Below are positions 58,368-64,000 of a stretch of 64,000 nucleotides of DNA, in pieces; within the stretch, counting starts at the first letter, position 1, and every line of letters starts with the position of its first letter. This DNA is from Terriglobia bacterium (GTDB lineage Bacteria > Acidobacteriota > Terriglobia > Terriglobales > Acidobacteriaceae). Both the position numbers and the translations under genes were made by a program. The notes beneath the pieces were generated by a model that had not been told where the DNA came from, did not search any database, and worked only from the letters and a program-made list of their open reading frames with translations. Where the stretch lies: contig CAVXCR010000029.1 of assembly GCA_963760265.1 (NCBI GenBank), positions 46,779 to 110,778 of the forward strand. The letters are read 5' to 3'.

Positions 58368-60134
58368 ATGTGGGCCACCCTCGTTTTTATCCTTGCATGT
58401 AGCTGGCCGGCGCTGGCGCAGACCCCGTCAGTGCAGTACACCGTCTCGTTGGCCGATCCGGCCCGCCACCTCGTGCGCGTGACGATGCACGTGCATCCGC
58501 TCCCCGATCTCTAAGTTGCAACTGCCGGTGTGGAACGCGCTCTACCAGGTTCGCGACTTTTCGCAGTCCGTGCGCGCGATCAAAGCACGAGATCGGGACG
58601 GCAACCCTGTGCGTGCGCGCAGTCGACAAGACGACGTGGGCGGCGCCCAACGCGCAGGAGATCGAGTACGAGCTGCTCGCCGACGTACCCGGACCATTCG
58701 GCGCACAATTCAACACCGAGCATGCGTTCTTCAATCTTGCGCGAAATTCTGATGTATGTTGTCGGGCAAAAAGCCATCCAGTCTCCCTCCGTTCAGCAGA
58801 TCTTCCGCCTGAATGGATGATCGCGACGCCCATGGCGCGCGACCAGGTGACAGGTTTACTGCACGCAGTTACGACGAGATGGTGGATTCGCCAGTCGAGC
58901 TCGGCAGATTTTCAGGTGCCGCGATCGAGCAGAATGAAGGCGATCAGGCCCGCGAAATTCTGGCTGGTTTTTGATGCCAACCGGGCGATTACGACACGAG
59001 CGCAATCACCGGCATGGTCCATAAGCTCGCAATCACAGAGGTTGAATGGATGCAGGACCGTCCGTTCGACCAGTACTTTTCATCTACCATTTTCCGCGCC
59101 ACCCCGCGGGCGGCGGCATGGAGCACGCCTACTCCACGGCGATCGACGCCTCCGCCGACCGCGTCAAGAGCAACCCGCTGTCGCTCGCCGACGTCACCGC
59201 CCACGAATTTTTTCACCTGTGGAACGTGAAGCGCATTCGTCCGCAGTCGCTGGAACCGGTGGACTACACCCAAGAGCAGTACACGCGCGCGCTGTGGTTC
59301 AGCGAAGGCGTCACCTCCACCGTCGCCGACTACATGCGGGTGCGCGCCGGCTATCTCGACGAGAAAGGATTCCTCGCCGAACTCGCCGCCGACATCCGTT
59401 TCCTGGAGTCCCGCCCGGCGCGGCTGACCCAATCGGTGGAAGAATCCAGTCTCGATGCCTGGCTGGAGAAATATCCGCAGTACGAGTCACCGCAGCGCTC
59501 GATTTCCTACTACAACAAGGGCGAGATCCTCGGCATGCTGCTCGACTTGCAAATGCGCGAGGCGAGCGCCGGCAAGCGGTCGTTGCGCGATCTTTTTCTC
59601 TGGATGAACGACCATTACGCCAGGCAGGGCAAGTTCTTTCCCGATTCCCGCGGTGTTGAGGAAGCCGCGGAGGCGGTCACGGGCGCCGACTTCCACGAAT
59701 TTTTCGCGCGCTACGTCGCCGGCGCCGATGCCATTCCGTACGACAAGTTTTTCGCGACTGTCGGTCTTCGTCTCGACAAGCAAACCATCGTGCTCCCCGA
59801 CCCCGGTTTCCGCACCGTCCGCCGCCCGGCCAACGCCGCGATCGTTGTATCGGTGGGTGCCGGCAGCGAAGCCGAAAAGGCGGGCCTGCGCCCCGGCGAC
59901 ATCATTCAGCAGGTCAACGGCAGGGCGCCCGGCGAGGCGCCGGAGAATAACCTGATGATCCTGCGCATCGGCGACAACGTGGACCTGCGCGTTTCCGGCG
60001 CCACCGGCCCGCGTCGCGTGAAGTTCAAGCTCGCCGGCACGCCGGCTGAGAACTACGCGCTGGTGGAGCGCGCAGGCGTTACCGAGGCCCAGCGCGCCCG
60101 CCGCGCCGCCTGGATCCGCGGCGACTCGGAATAA
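58368..60134 (+). pseudogene. M61 glycyl-aminopeptidase with C-terminal PDZ domain; N-terminal third carries multiple frame disruptions
   Basis: Signal MWATLVFILACSWPALAQ. Recognisable pieces (LQLPVWNALYQVRDF; AVDKTTWAAPNAQEIEYELLADVPGPFGAQFNTEHAFFNLA; YTARSYDEMVDSPVELG; PGDYDTSAITGMVHKLAITEVEWMQDRPF) lie in alternating frames over 58505-59075. The frame is intact from ...GGGMEHAYSTAI...HEFFHLWN to the end. Confidence 0.8.
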
Positions 60135-60183
60135 ACAGTTTCAGTTTCAGTTTCGAGTTTCAGAAGGCCGGACCTGATAGCCA

Positions 60184-60891
60184 ATGCGCACGCTGCTCAT
60201 CCTCGCCTGGTGGACGCTGATGACGCCCATCACTGCTCTGCTGACGCTGCCGGTTGCGCTGCTCACCGGCAACAGCGATTTCCTCTATCGCGCCAGCATG
60301 TGGGTGGTGCGCGTCGGCGTCAGGCTCGCCGGCGTCCGCGTCCAGATCATCGGACGCGACCAGCTCGACCCCGCCCGAACCTACATCTTCATGTCGAACC
60401 ATGTCTCCAATCTTGACCCGCCGGTGCTCATCCCGCTTCTGCCCGGCCGCACTTCGGTGCTGGTCAAAAAAGAGTTGTTCCGCATTCCGATCCTCGGGTT
60501 CGCGATGCGCGTCGCCCGCCTTGTCCCGGTGGACCGCCGCAATCGCGACGCCGCCATCGCCAGCGTGCGCGCCGCCGCCGACGTGATCCGCTCCGGCCTG
60601 AGCATGACCATCTTTCCCGAAGGCACCCGCTCGTTGGATGGCCGCCTGCAGCCGCTCAAGAAAGGTCCGTTCTATCTCGCCATCGAATCCGGTTGCCCGA
60701 TCGTGCCGGTCACGCTGCTCGGCACCTACGAAATCCTGCCGAAAGGGAAGCGGCTGATCGCGCCGGAGAAGGCAGTGGCGCAGATCGTTTTTCACCCGCC
60801 GGTCTCACCCCAGGATTTTCCGGATCGCGACGCCCTCATCGCCGCGGTTCGCGATTCCATCGCCAGCGCGCTGCCGCCAGAACGAAAGTGA
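60184..60891 (+). CDS. plsC: 1-acyl-sn-glycerol-3-phosphate acyltransferase
   Basis: NHVSNLD (HX4D) and FPEGTRS motifs. Confidence 0.9.
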   Translation: MRTLLILAWWTLMTPITALLTLPVALLTGNSDFLYRASMWVVRVGVRLAGVRVQIIGRDQLDPARTYIFMSNHVSNLDPPVLIPLLPGRTSVLVKKELFRIPILGFAMRVARLVPVDRRNRDAAIASVRAAADVIRSGLSMTIFPEGTRSLDGRLQPLKKGPFYLAIESGCPIVPVTLLGTYEILPKGKRLIAPEKAVAQIVFHPPVSPQDFPDRDALIAAVRDSIASALPPERK

Positions 60892-60915
60892 AAACAGTAT
60901 CTCAGTGCTTCCGTC

Positions 60916-61821
60916 TCATGGTTTCTCCTTGTTGATTGGCACAGTTTTCGAACGACTCTGTGGGACCGGCTTCTGTAGAGCGCGTGAACTCGCGCTGGCG
61001 GCGGCGTAGCTGGATGCGGATTGGCGCCAGTTTGGAAACGGGTTGACGGTTGAGTGTTCCAGGTCCGCGATGATGCGACGGAGATATCGCTGCCGGAGTA
61101 TCAACTGACTGACAAGTTGCGCGAGACCAAGTTCGTCGTGGTCGTACCAGACCGGAGATGCGCTGTTAGCAATTTCCCAGAGTTCCTGTGCATCCAGCGT
61201 TTCCACGCACGTCAGCCAGGGCTCAAAGCTTTCCCAGCTTGTCACCTGCAAATAAACGTCGCGCGAGCCATAGAGGCCGTACAGCGGCGAGTCTGGAAAA
61301 TTCCAGTTCGTGGCGTTGAAGCAGTGTCCTTGATCGATAAGTACCGCCGAATACCCGGCGCTGTCATCCGTGCGCACGTATACGGCTTGGCGTCTATCGG
61401 TATTGCATGTCCACTTGTCGAGAACCAAAGCACCGATGAATGCAGCGAGGTTCGTGACTCGCGGCAAGCATGCAGCCGGAAGGAGATCGGTAACAATGCC
61501 ATCCTGCGGATTTACCGCGAAGCGAGAACCGAAATGAACGCCTTCGTTGCACGCAGCTCTGCCGCTGGATAGTTCGAAAAACAGTTCAGGAGTCGAACGG
61601 ATCAACCAGGGCGAAATTTCGACTGCGGCGACCTCGGGCACCGGCAGTTCGATCCGCCGAGCTAACCGAGACGCAATCCAGTCATTCGCCAGGATCCGCA
61701 CACCCTGTGGGTTGTTAGTAAATTTCACAACATAAAGGTGAGAATCGCTCGCTCGAAGAAGCTGTGCTTGCGATCCACCTCGCATTCGGCGCACGTGCTG
61801 CGCGGCAGTCAGTGGCTTCAT
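60916..61821 (-). CDS. HipA-like kinase-family protein (distant; by motif recollection)
   Basis: MRGGSQAQLLRASDSHLYVVKFTNNPQGVRILANDWIASRLA..., ...LVLDKWTCNTDRRQ..., ...LIDQGHCF... Lower-G+C patch. Confidence 0.55.
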   Translation of the reverse strand: MKPLTAAQHVRRMRGGSQAQLLRASDSHLYVVKFTNNPQGVRILANDWIASRLARRIELPVPEVAAVEISPWLIRSTPELFFELSSGRAACNEGVHFGSRFAVNPQDGIVTDLLPAACLPRVTNLAAFIGALVLDKWTCNTDRRQAVYVRTDDSAGYSAVLIDQGHCFNATNWNFPDSPLYGLYGSRDVYLQVTSWESFEPWLTCVETLDAQELWEIANSASPVWYDHDELGLAQLVSQLILRQRYLRRIIADLEHSTVNPFPNWRQSASSYAAASASSRALQKPVPQSRSKTVPINKEKP

Positions 61822-62301
61822 GTTCTAGATTTCCGGTGGACACGAGATGCAAATGGCTGGCCACGTACCGCAAGACGTTTCGCGGTCGAACTCTCAGCGG
61901 GTCGCAAGGTGGAATTTGCTTGTCCGGCTAGATCTGTTCTATGGGCGCGGGAAGAAACACTTGGCGCAGTTCTTGCAGCCTTGCCTTGGCCAATCGGCGC
62001 CATTGAGTCGGTAGTGGAGGAGCGCTGCACCGCATACGAGAAATACCACGCACCGAGTGAGAAGGAGGCGGAGTAAGGATACCTGGATATTAGGTGTTGT
62101 GCCGTTTTGGCGCGCGTTCCAAAATAGTCAAAAAAGGCAATGCGAGCATACTGCAATTCGTCCCGAAATTAGGAGTTCGCCGCCCCCGCCCGCTGGATAA
62201 GGTTCCATACTGTAACGCGACAGCGTCGCGCGAGGATTCGCCCTTCAACTTGATTACAGGGTTTTGTTACAGACTCTAAGGTACAAGTGGTTGGGTGGGA
62301 T

Positions 62302-62955
62302 TTACTTGCTGAACAGGTGCCCCATCTTCTCTTTCTTGGTCCTGAGGTACCGCTTGGAGTGCGCTGACCGCGGCTCCGGCTCGCACGGCACGCGCTCCTG
62401 CACCGCGATCCCTCCCGCCTCCACCGCCGCCACTTTGTCAGGATTATTTGACAGGAGCTTGATTTCCTTCAGATCCAGCGCCTTCAGCACCTCGACCGGC
62501 AGCGCATACAGGCGGCAGTCGGCGGCGAACCCCAGCTTCTCGTTCGCCTCCACCGTGTCCAGGCCGCGGTCCTGCAGTTCGTAGGCCTGCAGCTTCGCCA
62601 TCAGCCCGATGCCGCGCCCCTCCTGCTGCTCATAGACCAGGACGCCGCAACCGGCCGCGGCGATCATCTCCAGCGCCATCTCCAGTTGCTGGCGGCAATC
62701 GCAGCGCAGCGATCCGAAGACGTCGCCGGTCAGGCACTGCGAGTGGATCCGCACCAGCGGTGCGCGCGCGTGAATGTCGCCCATGACCAGCGCGACCGCG
62801 GTTTCCTTGCGGCGCTCGCCGCTTCCGTTCGACCCCGCGGGGAACTGGCCTTCGAACCCGACGATGCGGAATTGTCCCCAGCGGGTGGGAAAATCCGCTT
62901 CGGCGACCTTGCGCACATGTTTCGATGGCGTCACAGCTTCATTATATTCGCCCAA
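62302..62955 (-). CDS. ribA: GTP cyclohydrolase II
   Basis: ...FPTRWGQFRIVGFEG..., ...VRIHSQCLTGDVFGSLRCDCRQQL..., ...EGRGIGLMAKLQAY... TTG start. Confidence 0.9.
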   Translation of the reverse strand: MGEYNEAVTPSKHVRKVAEADFPTRWGQFRIVGFEGQFPAGSNGSGERRKETAVALVMGDIHARAPLVRIHSQCLTGDVFGSLRCDCRQQLEMALEMIAAAGCGVLVYEQQEGRGIGLMAKLQAYELQDRGLDTVEANEKLGFAADCRLYALPVEVLKALDLKEIKLLSNNPDKVAAVEAGGIAVQERVPCEPEPRSAHSKRYLRTKKEKMGHLFSK

Positions 62956-63089
62956 GCTGGGGCACGGCGGCGCGGAACCCGGTCACACTGCGCTGTGATG
63001 GAGATGGCCGCCCGAGATTGGTTACGCGTGCTCACGCGCTACTTGACTGGCGGGGCTCGGCGCGCTGCTGCTAAAATGAATTTACTCGT

Positions 63090-63165
63090 GGGCCTGTAGC
63101 TCAGCTGGGAGAGCGCATCGTTCGCAACGATGAGGTCGGCAGTTCGAGCCTGCCCAGGTCCACCA
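63090..63165 (+). tRNA. tRNA-Ala (anticodon CGC)
   Basis: GGGCCTG/CAGGTCC acceptor with the G3:U70 pair, anticodon arm CATCG-TTCGCAA-CGATG, T arm GGCAG-TTCGAGC-CTGCC, then A-CCA. 76 nt. Confidence 0.9.
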
Positions 63166-63278
63166 TTTCGACCCACCCAGGACACCCCTTGGGGGATTCC
63201 CAACGGTACGTCACACTCGGCCAGGTTGCATTCGGCGGACGATGGTTTCCGAGTGGGCGTCCTTGGCTCGCGGGTTGG

Positions 63279-64000
63279 TCAGACGATGCGCTCGTGTTCG
63301 TAGCCTGCTTCCTCGAGGGCGCGGATCAGTTGATCGCAGTGCTCATGGCCGCGTGTTTCCATCGTCAGATCGATCACCGTGTGGCTGAGCTTGGCGCCAT
63401 GAAAGGCGCGGTGGTAGCTGGTCTCGACGATGTTGACGCGGTTGCGAGCGATCACCTCGGTCAAGCGGTGCAGTGCGCCGGGATGATCGGGCAGGGGAAT
63501 TCTCAGCCGCACCAGCCGCCCGTCCTTGACCAGGCCGCGCTCGATAATGCGGGAAAGCAGGGTGACGTCCATGTTGCCGCCCGAGACGATGGCGGCTACC
63601 CGTTGGCCGGCCAGTGACAGCTTGCCATGCATCAGCGCCGCCACCGCGACTGCGCCCGCGCCTTCCGCCAGTGTCTTTTCACGTTCCAGCAGCAGCAGCA
63701 CGGCGGCCGCGATCTCTTCCTCGTCCACCAGCACCAGATCGTCGACCAGGCGCGCGACAATCGGCATGGTCTTCTCGCCTGCCGATCGAACCGCAATGCC
63801 GTCTGCGATGGTCGATTTACCGGCTAAATTGACAGGCTTGCCTTGCTTCACCGCCTCCAGCATCGAGGGCAGCAGGGCCGTCTGAACACCGATCACCTGA
63901 ATCGACGGATTGGTTTCCTTGAGCGCCACGGCCATGCCCGCAATCAGCCCTCCGCCACCGACCGGAACCACAACCGCGTCGAGGTTCGACAGTTGATCCA
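63279..64000 (-). CDS. ilvA: threonine ammonia-lyase (threonine dehydratase), C-terminal part with ACT-like domain; continues past window end
   Basis: ...VPVGGGGLIAGMAVALKE..., ...AEGAGAVAVAAL..., ...SGGNMD..., and a C-terminal regulatory domain. Confidence 0.8.
   Translation of the reverse strand, partial: DQLSNLDAVVVPVGGGGLIAGMAVALKETNPSIQVIGVQTALLPSMLEAVKQGKPVNLAGKSTIADGIAVRSAGEKTMPIVARLVDDLVLVDEEEIAAAVLLLLEREKTLAEGAGAVAVAALMHGKLSLAGQRVAAIVSGGNMDVTLLSRIIERGLVKDGRLVRLRIPLPDHPGALHRLTEVIARNRVNIVETSYHRAFHGAKLSHTVIDLTMETRGHEHCDQLIRALEEAGYEHERIV

Noticed and set aside
62956-63089. FMN riboswitch upstream of ribA (and likewise upstream of ribF)
   Set aside because: The spacers are short, and I could not see the conserved multi-stem FMN aptamer pattern. 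This would need a covariance-model scan to exclude formally.

Overview
High-G+C bacterial chromosome segment. Gene content and the style of the intergenic repeats suggest Acidobacteriota, but that is inference only. Core housekeeping genes (pgk, gap, an ADP-forming acyl-CoA synthetase, typA, otsA, ribF, mtnP, dapF, ldcA, mpl, plsC, ribA, threonine dehydratase, tRNA-Ala) flank a ~25 kb accessory block at 5.6-30.9 kb.

That block is two tandem integrative islands inserted at tRNA-Gln(CUG). Three identical 46-bp copies of the tRNA 3' half delimit them (5613, 17715, 30904).
- Island 1 carries three HTH/excisionase-type genes, two tyrosine integrases, an HUH rolling-circle Rep, an orphan multi-zinc-ribbon protein and a secreted protein.
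- Island 2 carries a third integrase and an AlpA-like gene. It also has four intact type II toxin-antitoxin (TA) pairs (VapBC, Phd/PIN) and decayed AbiEii and MazF toxins. The rest is a large lone radical SAM enzyme, an orphan MoxR-type ATPase and an IS4-family element with an amber stop.

The most interesting single locus is outside the islands. A 78-codon glutaredoxin-like ORF (38026-38262) has an in-frame TGA exactly at the first Cys of its CxxC motif, with an 8-bp hairpin downstream. It is a candidate selenoprotein.

Two window-wide patterns stand out.
1. An unusual number of single-base frame disruptions occur in otherwise well-conserved genes, including a dense cluster in an M61 peptidase. 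This may be assembly indel error or real decay.
2. Many intergenic spacers hold locus-specific tandem 6-9 nt words arranged as long inverted repeats. Several GC-rich palindrome families also recur.

No CRISPR array, rRNA or phage structural genes were seen.
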